A stretch of DNA of 64,000 nucleotides from Eledone cirrhosa (Eukaryota), in the NCBI GenBank assembly GCA_964016885.1, contig OZ024740.1, forward strand, positions 442,494,001 through 442,558,000, given 5' to 3'. A program made the translations under genes and the position numbers. Each line of letters begins with the position of its first letter. The first letter of the stretch is position 1. Positions 44,862 through 57,900 of the stretch are shown piece after piece. The notes beneath the pieces are model-generated. The model saw only the letters and a list, made by a program, of their open reading frames with translations, had not been told where the DNA came from and did not search any database.

Positions 44862-45913
44862 AGTGTTGGAATATAATGTAGGTGAGTGTAGGAGTATAAT
44901 TTAGCTGAGAGTAGGAGTATAGTGTAAGTGAGTGTAGGAGTATAGTGTAGGTGAGTTTAGGAATATAGTTTAGGTGAGTGTAGAAATATAGTGTAGGTGA
45001 GTATAGGTGTATATTGTAGGTGAGTGTAGGTGTATATTGTACGTGAGTGTAGGAGTATAGTGTAGGTGAATGTAGGATTATAGTGTAGGTGAGTGTAGGA
45101 GTATAGTGTAGGTGAGTGTAGGAGTATAGTGTAGGTGAGTGTAGGTGTATACTGTAGGTGAGTGTAGGATTATATTGTAGGTGAGTGTAGGAGTATAGTG
45201 CAGGTGAGTGTAGGAGTATAGTTTAAGTTTCAGTCTAGGAGTATAGTTTAGGTGAGTTTAGGACTATCCTTCTAGGTGAGTGTAGAAGTATAGTGTAGGT
45301 GAGTATAGGAGTATAGTGCAGGTGAGTGTAGGAGTATAGTTTAGGTGAGTGTAGGTGTATAATGCATGTAAGTGTAGGAGTATAGTGTAGGTGAGTGTAG
45401 GAGAAAACTGTAGGTGAGTGTAGGAGTATAGTGTAGGTGAGTGTAGGAGTATAGTGTAGGTGAGTGTAGGAGCATAGTGTAGGTGAGTGTAGGAGTATAG
45501 TGTAGGTGAGTTTAGGAATATAGTGTAGGAGAGTCTAGGAGTTTACTGTAGGTGAGTGTAGGAATATAGTGTAGGTGAGTATAGGAGTTTAGTGTAGGTG
45601 TGTGTAGGAGTATAGTGTAGGTGAGTGTAGGAGTATAGTGTAGATGAGTGTAGGAGTTTAGTGTAGGTGAGTGTAGGAGTATACTGTAAGTGAGTGTATG
45701 AGTATATTGTAGGTGAGTGTAGGTGTATAGTGTAGGTGAGTGTAGGGCTATATTGTAGGTGAGTGTAGAAGTAACGTGTTGGTGCGTGTAGTATTATAGT
45801 GTAGCTGAGTGTAGCAGTATAGTTTAGGTGAGTGTAGGATTATAGTGTGGGTGAGAGTAGGAGTATAGTGTAGGTGAGTGTAGGAGTGTAGTGTAGGTGA
45901 ATGAAGGAATATA
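41891..45913. repeat. Long inverted repeat: arms 41891-42854 and 44950-45913 (964 bp each), spacer ~2.1 kb
   Basis: Rare variants mirror each other: TATATTCCTTCAT (41891) vs ATGAAGGAATATA (45901), CAACACGTTACTTCTAC (~42022) vs GTAGAAGTAACGTGTTG (~45765), CTTACATGCATTATA (~42433) vs TATAATGCATGTAAG (~45358), TATTTCTAC (~42816) vs GTAGAAATA (~44980). The arms have identical length and a few substitutions. Confidence 0.9.
44844..44869. other. Perfect hairpin at the right inversion junction: CCAACACTATA-CTCC-TATAGTGTTGG (11-bp stem, 4-nt loop)
   Basis: 44844-44854 is the exact reverse complement of 44859-44869. Confidence 0.95.
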
Positions 45914-48900
45914 GTGTAGGACTATAGTGTAGGTGAGTGTAGGAGTATAGTGTAGGTGAGTTGGATTATAGTGTAGGTGAGTGTAATAGTATAGTGTAGG
46001 TGAGTGTAGGAATATACTGTAGGTGAGTGTAGGAGTATAGAGTAGGTGAGTGTAGGAGTATAGTGTAGGTGGGTGTAGGAGTATAGTGTAGGTGGGTGTA
46101 GGAGTATATTGTAGGTGAGCGTAGGAGCATACTGTAGGTGAGTGTTGGAGTATAGTGTAGGTGAGTGAAGGAGTTTAGTGTAGGTGAGTGTAGGAGTATA
46201 GTGTAGGTGGGTGTAGGAGTATAGTGTAGGTGAGTGTATGAATATAGTGTTGGTGGGTGTAGGAGTATAGTGTAGGTGAGTGTAGGAGTATACTGTAGGT
46301 GAGTGAGGAGTATAGTGTAGGTGAGTGTAGGAGTATGGTGTAGGTGAGTGTAGGAATATAGTGTAGGTGAGTGTAGGTGTATAGTGTAGGTGAGTGTAGG
46401 TGAGTGTAGGAGTATAGTGTAGGTGAGTGTAGGAGTAAAGAGTAGGTGATTGTAGGAGTATAGTGTAGGTGAGTGTAGTAGTATAGTGGTGGTGAGTATA
46501 GGAGTATATTGTAGGTGAGTGTAGGAATATAGTGTAGGTGATTGTAGGAGTATAGTGTAGGTGAGTGTAGGAGTATAGTGTAGGTGAGTGTAGGAATATA
46601 GTGTAGGTGAGTGTAGGAGTATAGTGTAGGTGAGTGTAGGAGTATAGTGTAGGTGAGTGTAGGAGTATAGTGTAGGTGAGAGTAGGAGTATAGTGTAGGT
46701 GAGTGTAGGGATATAGTTTAGGTGAGTGTAGGAGTATAGTGGAGTGAGTGTAGGAGTATAGTGTAGGTGAGTGTAGGAGTATACTGTAGGTGAGTGTAGG
46801 AGTATAGTGTAGGTGAGTGTAGGAGTATAGTGTAGGTGAGTGTAGGAGTATAGTGTAGGTGAGTGTAGGAGTATTGTGTAGATGAGTGTAGGAGTATAGT
46901 GTAGGTGAGTGTAGGAGTATAGTTTAAGTTTCAGTCTAGGAGTATAGTTTAGGTGAGTGTAGGACTATCCTTCTAGGTGAGTCTAGAAGTATAGTGTAGG
47001 TGAGTGTAGGAGTATAGTGTAGGTGAGTGTAGGAGTATAGTGTAGGTGAGTGTAAGAGTATAGTGTAGGTGAGTGTAGGTGTATAGTGTAGATGAGTGTA
47101 GGGGCATAGTGTAGCTAAGTGTAGGAGTATAGTGTTGGTGAGTGTAGGAGTATAGTGTAGGTAAGTGTAGGAATATAGTGTAGGTGAGTGTAGGTGTATA
47201 GTGTAGATGAGTGTAGGGGCATAGTGTAGCTAAGTGTAGGAGTATAGTGTTGGTGAGTGTAGGAGTATAGTGTAGGTAAGTGTAGGAATATAGTTTAGGT
47301 GAGTGTAGGTGAGTGTAGGAATATAGTGTAGGTGAGTGTAGGAGTATAGTGTAGGTGAGTTTAGGAATATAGTTTAGGTGAGTGTAGGTGAGTGTAGGAA
47401 TATAGTGTAGGTGAGTGTAGGAGTATAGTGTAGGTGAGTGTAGGAGTATAGTGTAGGTGAGTGTAGGTGTATACTGTAGGTGAGTGAAGGAGTATAGTGT
47501 AGGTGAATGTAGGAGTTTAGTGTAGGTGAGTGTAGAAGTATAATGTAGGTGAGTTTAGGAGTATAGTGCAGGTGAGTGTAGGAGTGCAGTTTAAGTTTCA
47601 GTCTAGGAGTATAGTTTAGGTGAGTTTAGGACTATCCTTCTAGGTGAGTGTAGAAGTATAGTGTAGGTGAGTTTAGGAATATAGTGAAGGTGAGTGTAGG
47701 AATATAGTGTAGGTGAGTGTAGGAGTATAGTGTAGGTGAGCGTAGGAGTATAGTGTAGGTGAGTGTAGGAGTATAGTGTAGGTGAGTGTAGGAGTATAGT
47801 GTATGTGAGTGTAGGGATATAGTTTAGGTGAGTGTAGGAGTATAGTGGAGTGAGTGTAGGAGTATAGTGTAGGTGCGTGTAGGAGTATACTGTAGGTGAG
47901 TGTAGGAGTATAGTGTAGGTGAGTGTAGGTGTATAGTGTAGGTGAGTGTAGGAGTATAGTGTAGGTGAGTGTAGGAGTATAGTGTAGATGAGTGTAGGAG
48001 TATAGTGTAGGTGAGTGTAGGAGTATAGTTTAAGTTTCAGTCTAGGAGTATAGTTTAGGTGAGTGTAGGACTATCCTTCTAGATGAGTCTAGAAGTATAG
48101 TGTAGGTGAGTGTAGGAGTATAGTGTAAGTGAGTGTAGGAGTATAGTGTAGGTGAGTGTAAGAGTATAGTGTAGGTGAGTGTAGGTGTATAGTGTAGATG
48201 AGTGTAGGGGCATAGTGTAGCTGAGTGTAGGAGTATAGTGTTGGTGAGTGTAGGAGTATAGTGTAGGTAAGTGTAGGAATATAGTGTAGGTGAGTGTTGG
48301 AATATAATGTAGGTGAGTGTAGGAGTATAGTGTAAGTGAGTGTAGGAATATAGTGTAGGTGAATGTAGGATTATAGTGTAGGTGAGTGTAGGAGTATAGT
48401 GTAGGTGAGTTTAGGAATATAGTTTAGGTGAGTGTAGGTGAGTGTAGGAATATAGTGTAGGTGAGTGTAGGAGTATAGTGTAGGTGAGTGTAGGAGTATA
48501 GTGTAGGTGAGTGTAGGTGTATACTGTAGGTGAGTGAAGGAGTATAGTGTAGGTGAATGTAGGAGTTTAGTGTAGGTGAGTGTAGGAGTATAATGTAGGT
48601 GAGTTTAGGAGTATAGTGCAGGTGAGTGTAGGAGTGCAGTTTAAGTTTCAGTCTAGGAGTATAGTTTAGGTGAGTTTAGGACTATCCTTCTAGGTGAGTG
48701 TAGAAGTATAGTGTAGGTGAGTTTAGGAATATAGTGTAGGTGAGTGTAGGAGTATAGTGAAGGTGAGTGTAGGAATATAGTGTAGGTGAGTGTAGTTGTA
48801 TAGTGTAGGTGAGTTTAGGTGTTTAGTGCAGGTGAGTGTAGGAGTATAGTTTAGGTGAGTCATGGAGTATAGTGCAGGTAAATGTAGGAGTATAGTGTAG

Positions 48901-51900
48901 GTGAGTTTGGGAGAAAACTGTAGGTGAGTGTAGGAGTATAGTGTAGGTGAGTGTAGGAATATAGTGTAGGTGAGTGTAGGAGTATAGTGTAGGTGAGTGT
49001 AGGAGTACACTGTAGGTGAGTGTAGGAATATAGTGTAGGTGAGTGTAGGAGTATACTGTAAGTGAGTGTATGAGTATAGTGTAGGTGAGTGTAGGAGTAT
49101 AGTGTAGGTGAGTGTAGGAATATAGTGTAAGTGAGTGTAGGAGTATAGTGTAGGTGACTGTAGGAGTATAGTGTAGTTGAGTGTAGGACTATAGTGTAGG
49201 TGAATGTAGTAGGTATAATGGAGAGGAGTATAGGAGTATAGTGTAGGTGAGTGTAGGAATATAGTGTAGGTGGGTGTAGGACCGTAGTGTAGGTGAGTGT
49301 AGGAGTATAGTGGTGGTGAGCAGAGGAGTATAGTGTAGGTGAGTGTAGCAATATAGTGTAGGTGAGTGTAGGAGTATAGTGTAGGTGAGTGTAGGAGTAT
49401 AGTGTAGGTGAGTGTAGGAGTTTAGTGTAGGTGAGTGTAGGAGTATAGTGTATGTGAGTGTAGGAATATAGTGTAGGTGAGTGTAGGAGTTTAGTGTAGG
49501 TGAGTGTAGGAATGTAGTGTAGGTGAGTGTATGAGTATAGTGTAGGTGAGTGTAGGAGTATAGATAGGTAAGTGTAGGAGTTTAGTGTAGGTGTGTGTAG
49601 GAGTATAGTGTAGGTGATTGTAGGAGTATAGTGTAGGTGAGGGTATGAGTTTAGTGTAGGTGAGTGTAGGAGTTTAGTGTAGCTGAGTGTAGGAGTATAC
49701 TGTAGGTGAGTGTATGAGTTTAGTGTAGGAGTTTAGTGTAGGTGAGTGTAGGAATATAGTGTAGGTGAGTATAGGAATATAGTGTAGGTGAGTGTAGGAG
49801 TTTAGTGTAGGTGAGTGTAGGAATATAGTGTAGGTGAGTGTAGGAGTTTAGTGTAGGTGTGTGTAGGAGTATAGTGTAGGTGAGTGTAGGAGTATAGTGT
49901 AGATGAGTGTAGGAGTTTAGTGTAGGTGAGTGTAGGAGTATACTGTAAGTGAGTGTATGAGTATAGTGTAGGTGAGTGTAGGAGTATAGTGTAGGTGAGT
50001 GTAGGGCTATATTGTAGGTGAGTGTAGGACTATCGTGTTGGTGCGTGTAGGATTATAGTGTAGCTGAGAGTAGCAGTATAGTTTAGGTGAGTGTAGGAGT
50101 ATAGTGTGGGTGAGAGTAGGAGTATTGTGTAGGTGAGTGTAGGAGTATAGTGTAGGTGAGTGAAGGAATATAGTGTAGGAGTATAGTGTAGGTGAGTGTA
50201 GGAGTATAGTGTAGGTGAGTTGGAGTATAGTGTAGGTGAGTGTAGGAATATACTGTAGGTGAGTGTAGGAGTATTGAGTAGGTGAGTGTAGGAGTATAGT
50301 GTAGGTGGGTGTAGGGGTATAGTGTAGGTGGGTGGAGGAGTATATTGTAGGTGAATGAAGGAGTATACTGTAGGTGAGTGTTGGAGTATAGTGTAGGTGA
50401 ATGAAGGAGTTTAGTGTAGGTGAGTGTAGGAGTATAGAGTAGGTGAGTGTAGGAGTATAGTGTAGGTGGGTGTAGGAGTATAGTGTAGTTGAGTGTAGGA
50501 ATATAGTGTAGGTGGGTGTAGAACTATAGTGTAGGTGAGTGTAGTAGTATAGTGGAGGTGAGTATATGAGTGTATTGTAGGTGAGTGTAGGCGTATGGTG
50601 TAGGTGAGTGTAGGAGTATAGTGTAGGTGAGTGTAGGAGTATAGTGTAGGTGAGTGTAGGAGTTTAGTGTAGGTGAGTGTAGGAGTTTAGTGTAGGTGAG
50701 TGTAGCAGTATACTGTAGGTCAGTGTAGGAGTTTAGTGTAGGTGAGTGTAGGAATATTGTGTAGGTGAGTGTTTGAATATAGTGTAGGTGAGTGTAGGAG
50801 TATAGTGTAGGTGAATGTAGGAGTATAGTGTAGGTGAGTGTAGCAATATAGTGTAGTTGAGTGTAGGAGTATAGTGTAGGTGAGTGTTAGAGTATAGTGA
50901 ATGTGAGTGTAGGTGTATAGTGTAGGGGAGTTTAGGAGTATAGTGCAGGTCAGTGTAGGAGTATAGTTTAAGTTTCAGTCTAGGAGGATACTTTAGGTGA
51001 GTTTAGGACTATCCTTCTAGGTGAGTGTAGAAGTATAGTGTAGGTGAGTTTAGGAATATAGTGTCGGTGAGTGTAGGAGCATAGTGTAGGTGAGTGTAGG
51101 AGTATAGTGTAGGTGAGTGTAGGAGTATAGTTTAGGTGAGTTTAGGAGTATATGCAGGTGAGTGTAGGAGTATAGTTTATGTTTCAGTCTAGGAGTATAG
51201 TTTAGGTGAGTTTAGGACTATCCTTCTAGGTGAGTGTAGGAGTATAGTGTAGGTGAGTGTAGGAGTATAGTGTAGGTGAGTGTAGGAATATAGTGTAGGT
51301 GAGTGTAGGTGTATAGTGTAGGTGATTTTAGGGGTATAGTGCAGGTGAGTGTAGGAGTATAGTGTAGGTGAGTGTAGAAGTATAGTGTAGGTGAGTAAGG
51401 AGTATACTGTAGGTGAATGTAGGAGTATAGTGTAGGTGAGTGTAGGAATATAATGTAGGTGAGTGTAGGAGCTTAGTGTAGGTGAGTGTAGGAGTATAGA
51501 GTAGGTGAGTGTAGGAATATAGTGTAGGTGATTGTTGGAGTATAGTTTAGGTGAGTGTAGGAGTATTATGTAGGTGCGTGAAGGAGTATAGTGAAGGTGA
51601 GTGTAGGAATATAGTGTAGGTGAGTGTAGGAGTATAGTGTAGGTGAGTGTAGGAGTATAGTGTAGGTGAGTGTACGAGTATAGTGTAGGTGAGTGTAGGA
51701 GTATAGTGTAGCCGAGTGTAGGAGTATAGTGTAGGTGAGTGTAGGAGTATACTGTAAGTGAATGTATGAGTATAGTGTAGGTGAGTGTAGGAGTATAGTG
51801 TAGGTGAGTGTAGGCTATATTGTAGGTGAGTGTAGGAGTATAGTTTAAGTTTCAGTCTAGGAGTATACTTTAGGTGAGTTTAGGACTATCCTTCTAGGTT

Positions 51901-54900
51901 AGTGTAGAAGTATAGTGTAGGTGAGTTTAGGAGTATAGTGTAGGTAAGTGTAGGAGTATAGTGTAGGTGAGTTTAGGAGTGTATGCAGGTGAGTGTAGGA
52001 GTATAGTTTATGTTTCAGTCTAGGAGTATAGTTTAGGTGATTTTAGGAATATAGTGTAGGTGAGTGTAGGTGTGTAGTGTAGGTGATTTTAGGAGTATAG
52101 TGCAGGTGAGTGTAGGAGTATTATATAGGTGCGTAAAGGAGTATAGTGAAGGTGAGTGTAGGAATATAGTGTAGGTGAGTGTTGGAATAGAGAGTAGGTG
52201 AGTGTAGGAGTATAGTGTAGGTGAGTGTAGGAGAATAGTGTAGGTGAGTGTAGGAGTATAGTTTAGGTGAGTGTAGGAGTATCCTCTTGGCGAGTGTAGG
52301 AGTATAGTGTAGGTGAGTAAGGAGTATACTGTAGGTGAATGTAGGACTATAGTGTAGGTGAGTGTAGGAATATAATGTAGGTGAGTGTAGGAGCTTAGTG
52401 TAGGTGAGTGTAGGAGTATAGTGTAGGTGAGTGTAGGAATATAGTGTAGGTGATTGTTGGAGTATAGTTTAGGTGAGTGTAGGAGTATTATGTAGGTGCG
52501 TGAAGGAGTATAGTGAAGGTGAGTGTAGGAATATAGTGTAGGTGAGTGTAGGAGTATAGTGTAGGTGAGTGTAGGAGTATAGTGTAGGTGAGTGTACGAG
52601 TAGAGTGTAGTTGAGTGTAGGAGTATAGTGTAGCCGAGTGTAGGAGTATAGTGTAGGTGAGTGTAGGAGTATACTGTAAGTGAATGTATGAGTATAGTGT
52701 AGGTGAGTGTAGGAGTATAGTGTAGGTGAGTGTAGGCTATATTGTAGGTGAGTGTAGGAATATCGTGTTGGTGCGTGTAGGATTATAGTGTAGCTGAGTG
52801 TAGCAGTACAGTTTAGGTGAGTGAAGGAATATAGTGTGGGTGAGTGTAGGAGTATAGTGTAGGTGAGTGTAGGAGTATAGTGTAGGTGAATGAAGGAATA
52901 TAGTGTAGGAGTATAGTGTAGGTGAGTGTAGGAGTATAGTGTAGGTGAGTTGCAGTATAGTGTAGGTGAGTGTAGGAGTATAGTGTAGGTGAGTGTAGGA
53001 ATATACTGTAGGTGAGTGTAGGAGTATAGAGTAGATGAGTGTAGGAGTATAGTGTAGGTGGGTGTAGGAGTATAGTGTAGGTGAGTGTAGGAGTATACTG
53101 TAGGTGAGTTTTGGAGTATAGTGTAGGTGAGTGAAGGAGTATAGTTTAGGTGGGTGTAGGAGTATAGTGTAGGTGAGTGTAGGAATATAGTGTAAGTGAG
53201 TGTAGGAGTATGGTGTAGGTGATTGTAGGAGTATAGTGTAGTTGAGTGTAGGACTATAGTGTATGTGAATGTAGTAGTATAGTGGAGAGGAGTATAGGAG
53301 TAGAGTGTAGGTGAGTGTAGGAATATAGCGTAGGTGGGTGTAGGACTATAGTGTAGGTGACTCTAGGAGTATAGTGGAGGTGAGTATAGGAGTATATTGT
53401 AGGTGAGTGTAGGAATATAGTGTAGGTGATTGTAGGAGTATAGTGTAGGTGAGTGTAGGAGTATAGTGTAGGTGAGTGTAGGAGTTTAGTGTAGGTGAGT
53501 GTAGGAGTATAGTGTAGGTGAGTGTAGAAATATAGTGTAGGTGAGTGTAGGAGTATACTGTAGGTGAGTGTAGGAGTTTATTTTAGGTGACTGTAGGAGT
53601 ATAGTGTAGGTGATTGTAGGAGTATAGTGTAGGTGAGTGTATGAGTTTAGTGTAGGTGAGTGTAGGAGTTTAGTGTAGGTGAGTGTAGGAGTATACTGTA
53701 GGTGAGTGTAGGAGTTTAGTGTAGGTGAGTGTAGGAATATAGTGTAGGTGAGTGTAGACATATAGTGTAGGTGAGTGTAGGAGTTTAGTGTAGGTGAGTG
53801 TAGGAATATAGTGTAGGTGAGTGTAGGAGTTTAGTGTAGGTGTGTGTAGGAGTATAGTGTAGGTAAGTGTAGGAGTATAGTGTAGATGAGTGTAGGAGTT
53901 TAGTGTAGGTGAGTGTAGGAGTATACTGTATGTGAGTATATGAGTATAGTGTAGGTGAGTGTAGGAGTATAGTGTAGGTGAGTGTAGGGTTATATTGTAG
54001 GTGAGTGTAGGAGTATCGTGTTCGTGCGTGTAGGATTATAGTGTAGGTGAGTGTAGGAGTATAGTGTAGGTGAGTGTAGGGCTATATTGTAGGTGAGTGT
54101 AGGAGTATCGTGTTGGTGCGTGTAGGATTATAGTGTAGCTGAGTGTAGCAGTATAGTTTAGGTGAGTGTAGGAGTATAGTGTGGGTGAGAATAGGAGTAT
54201 TGTGTAGGTGAGTGTAGGAGTATAGTGTAGGTGAGTGAAGGAATATAGTGTAGGAGTATAGTGTAGGTGAGTGTAGGAGTATAGTGTAGGTGAGTTGGAG
54301 TATAGTGTAGGTGACTGTAGGAATATACTGTAGGTGAGTGTAGGAGTATAGTGTAGGTGGGTGTAGGTGTATAGTGTAGGTGGGTGTAGGAGTATATTGT
54401 AGGTGAGTGTAGGAGTATACTGTAGGTGAGTGTTGGAGTATAATGTAGGTGAGTGAAGGAGTTTAGTTTAGGTGAGTATAGGAGTATAGAGTAGGTGAGT
54501 GTAGGAGTATAGTGTAGGTGGGTGTAGGAGTATAGTATAGGTGAGTGTAGGAATATAGTGTAAGTGAGTGTAGGAGTATAGTGTAGGTGAGTGTAGGCGT
54601 ATAGTGTAGGTGAGTGTAGGAGTATAGTGTAGGTGAGTGTAGGAGTATAGTGTAGGTGAATGTAGGCTATATTGTAGGTGAGTGTAGGAGTATCGTGTTG
54701 GTGCGTGTAGGATTATAGTGTAGCTGAGTGTAGCAGTATAGTTTAGGTGAGTGAAGGATTATCGTGTGGGTGAGTGTAGGAGTATAGTGTAGGTGAGTGT
54801 AGGAGTATAGTGTAGGTGAGTGAAGGAATATAGTGTAGGATTATAGTGTAGGTGAGTGTAGGAGTATAGTGTAGGTGAGTGTAGGAATATACTGTAGGTG

Positions 54901-57900
54901 AGTGTAGGAGTATAGAGTAGGTGAGTGTAGCAGTATAGTGTAGGTGGGTGTAGGAGTATAGTGTAGGTGAGTGTAGGAGTATACTGTAGGTGAGTTTTGG
55001 AGTATAGTGTAGGTGAGTGAAGGAGTTTAGTGTAGGTGAGTATAGGAGTATATTGTAGGTGAGTGTAGGAATATAGTGTAGGAGTATAGTGTAGGTGAGT
55101 GTAGGAGTATAGTGTAGGTGAGTGTAGGAGTTTAGTGTAGGTGAGTGTAGGAGTATAGTGTAGGTGAGTGTAGGAATATAGTGTAGGTGACTGTAGGAGT
55201 ATAGTGTAGGTGAGTGTAGGAGTTTAGTGTAGGTGAGTGTAAGGAGTATACTGTAGGTGAGTGTAGGAGTTTATTTTAGGTGACTGTAGGAGTATAGTGT
55301 AGGTGATTGTAGGAGTATAGTGTAGGTGAGTGTATGAGTTTAGTGTAGGTGAGTGTAGGTGTTTAGTGTAGGTGAGTGTAGGAGTATACTGTAGGTGAGT
55401 GTAGGAGTTTAGTGTAGGTGAGTGTAGGAATATAGTGTAGGTGAGTGTAGACGTATAGTGTAGGTGAGTGTAGGAGTTTAGTGTAGGTGAGTGTAGGAAT
55501 ATAGTGTAGGTGAGTGTAGGAGTTTAGTTTAGGTGTGTGTAGGAGTATAGTGTAGGTAAGTGTAGGAGTATAGTGTAGATGAGTGTAGGAGTTTAGTGTA
55601 GGTGAGTGTAGGAGTATACTGTATGTGAGTGTATGAGTATAGTGTAGGTGAGTGTAGGAGTATAGTGTAGGTGAGTGTAGGGCTATATTGTAGGTGAGTG
55701 TAGGAGTATAGTGCAGGTAAGTGTAGGAGTATAGTGTAGATGAGTATAGGAGTTTAGTGTAGGTGAGTGTAGCAGTATACTGTAGGTGAGTGTAGGAGTA
55801 TAGTGTGGGTGAGAGTAGGAGTATTGTGTAGTTGAGTGTAGGAGTATAGTGTAGGTGAGTGAAGGAATATATTGTAGGAGTATAGTGTAGATGAGTGTAG
55901 GAGTATAGTGTAGGTGAGTTGGAGTATAGTGTAGGTGACTGTAGGAATATACTGTAGGTGAGTGTAGGAGTATTGAGTAGATGAGTGTAGGAGTATAGTG
56001 TAGGTGGGTGTAGGAGTATAGTGTAGGTGGGTGTAGGAGTATATTGTAGGTGAGTGTAGGAGTATACTGTAGGTGAGTGTTGGAGTATAGTGTAGGTGAG
56101 TGAAGGAGTTTAGTGTAGGTGAGTGTAGGAGTATAGAGTAGGTGAGTGTAGGAGTATAGTGTAGGTGGGTGTAGGAGTATAGTATAGGTGAGTGTAGGAA
56201 TATAGTGTAAGTGAGTGTAGGAGTATAGTGTAGGTGAGTGTAGGCGTATAGTGTAGGTGAGTGTAGGAGTATAGTGTAGGTAAGTGTAGGAGTATAGTGT
56301 AGGTGAGTATAGGAGTTTAGTGTAGGTGAGTGTAGGAGTTTAGTGTAGGTGAGTGTAGCAGTATACTGTAGGTGAGTGTAGGAGTTTTGTGTAGGAGAGT
56401 GTAGGAATATTGTGTAGGTGAGTGTAGAAGTTTAGTTTAGGTGAGTGTTTGAATATAGTGTAGGTGAGTGTAGGAGTATAGTGTAGGTGAATGTAGGAGT
56501 ATAGTGTAGGTGAGTGTAGCAATATAGTGTAGGTGAGTGTAGGAGTATAGTGTAGGTGAGTCTAGGAGTATAGTTTAGTTGAATGTAGGAGTATCTGGTA
56601 GGTGAGTGTAGCAGTATACTGTAGGTGAGTGTAGGAGTTTAGTGTAGGTGAGTGTAGGAGTATAGTGTAGGTGAGTGTAGGAGTATAGTGTAGGTGAGTG
56701 TAGGAGTATAGTGTAGGTGAGTTTAGGAGTATATGCAGGTCAGTGTAGGAGTATAGTTTAAGTTTCAGTCTAGGAGTATAGTTTAGGTGAGTTTAGGACT
56801 ATCCTTCTATGTGAGTGTAGAAGTATAGTGTAGGTGAGTGTAGCAGTATAGTGTAGGTGAGTGTAGGAATATAGTGTAGGTGAGTGTAGGTGTATAGTGT
56901 AGGTGATTTTAAAAGTATAGTGCAGGTGTTTGTAGGAGTATAGTGTAGGTGAGTGAAGGAATATAGTGTAGGTGAGTGTAGGAGTATAGTGTAGGTGAGT
57001 GTAGGAGTATACTGTAGGTGTGTGTAGGAATATAGTGTAGGTGAGTGTAGGAGCTTAGTGTAGGTGAGTGTAGGAGTATAGTGTAGGTGAGTGTAGGAAT
57101 ATAGTGTAGGTGATTGTTGGAGTATAGTTTAGGGGAGTGTAGGAGTATTATGTAGGTGAGTGAAGGAGTATAGTGAAGGTGAGTGTCGGAATATAGTGTA
57201 GGTGAGTGTAGGAGTTTAGTGTAGGTGTGTGTAGGAATATAGTGTAGGTGAGTGTAGGAGTATAGTGTAGATGAGTGTAGGAGTTTAGTGTAGGTGCGTG
57301 TAGGAGTAAAGTGTAGGTGAGTGAACGAGTATAGTGTAGGTGAGTGTAGGAGTATGGTGTAGCCGAGTGTAGGAGTATAGTGTAGGTGAGTGTAGGAGTA
57401 TACTGTAAGTGAGTGTATGAGTATATTGTAGGTGAGTGTAGGAGTATAGTGTAGGTGAGTGTAGGCTATATTGTAGGTGAGTGTAGGAGTATCGTGTTGG
57501 TGCGTGTAGGATTATAGTGTAGCTGAGTGTAGCAGTATAGTTTAGGTGAGTGTAGGAGTATAGTTTGGGTGAGTGTAGGAGTATAGTGTAGGTGAGTGTA
57601 GGAGTATAGTGTAGGTGAGTGTTGGAGTATAGTGTAGGTGAGTGAAGGAGTTTAGTGTAGGTGAGTATATGAATATACTGTAGGTGAGTGTAGGAGTATA
57701 GAGTAGGTGATTGTAGGAGTATAGTGTAGGTGGGTGTAGGAGTATAGTGTAGCTGGGTGTAGGAGTATATTGTAGGTGAGTATAGGAGTATACTGTAGGT
57801 GAGTGTTGGAGTATAGTGTAGGTGAGTGAAGGAGTTTAGTGTAGGTGAGTGTAGGAGTATAGAGTAGATGAGTGTAGGAGTATAGTGTAGGTGGGTCTAG

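Noticed and set aside
37760-56522. - strand ORFs with LHSPTLYSYTHLHYTPTLTYTIL-type repeats (mucin/extensin-like appearance)
   Set aside because: The C/A-rich strand of the 23-bp monomer has no stop codon in consensus, so three monomers give a 23-aa period automatically. Starts and stops are sporadic point variants.
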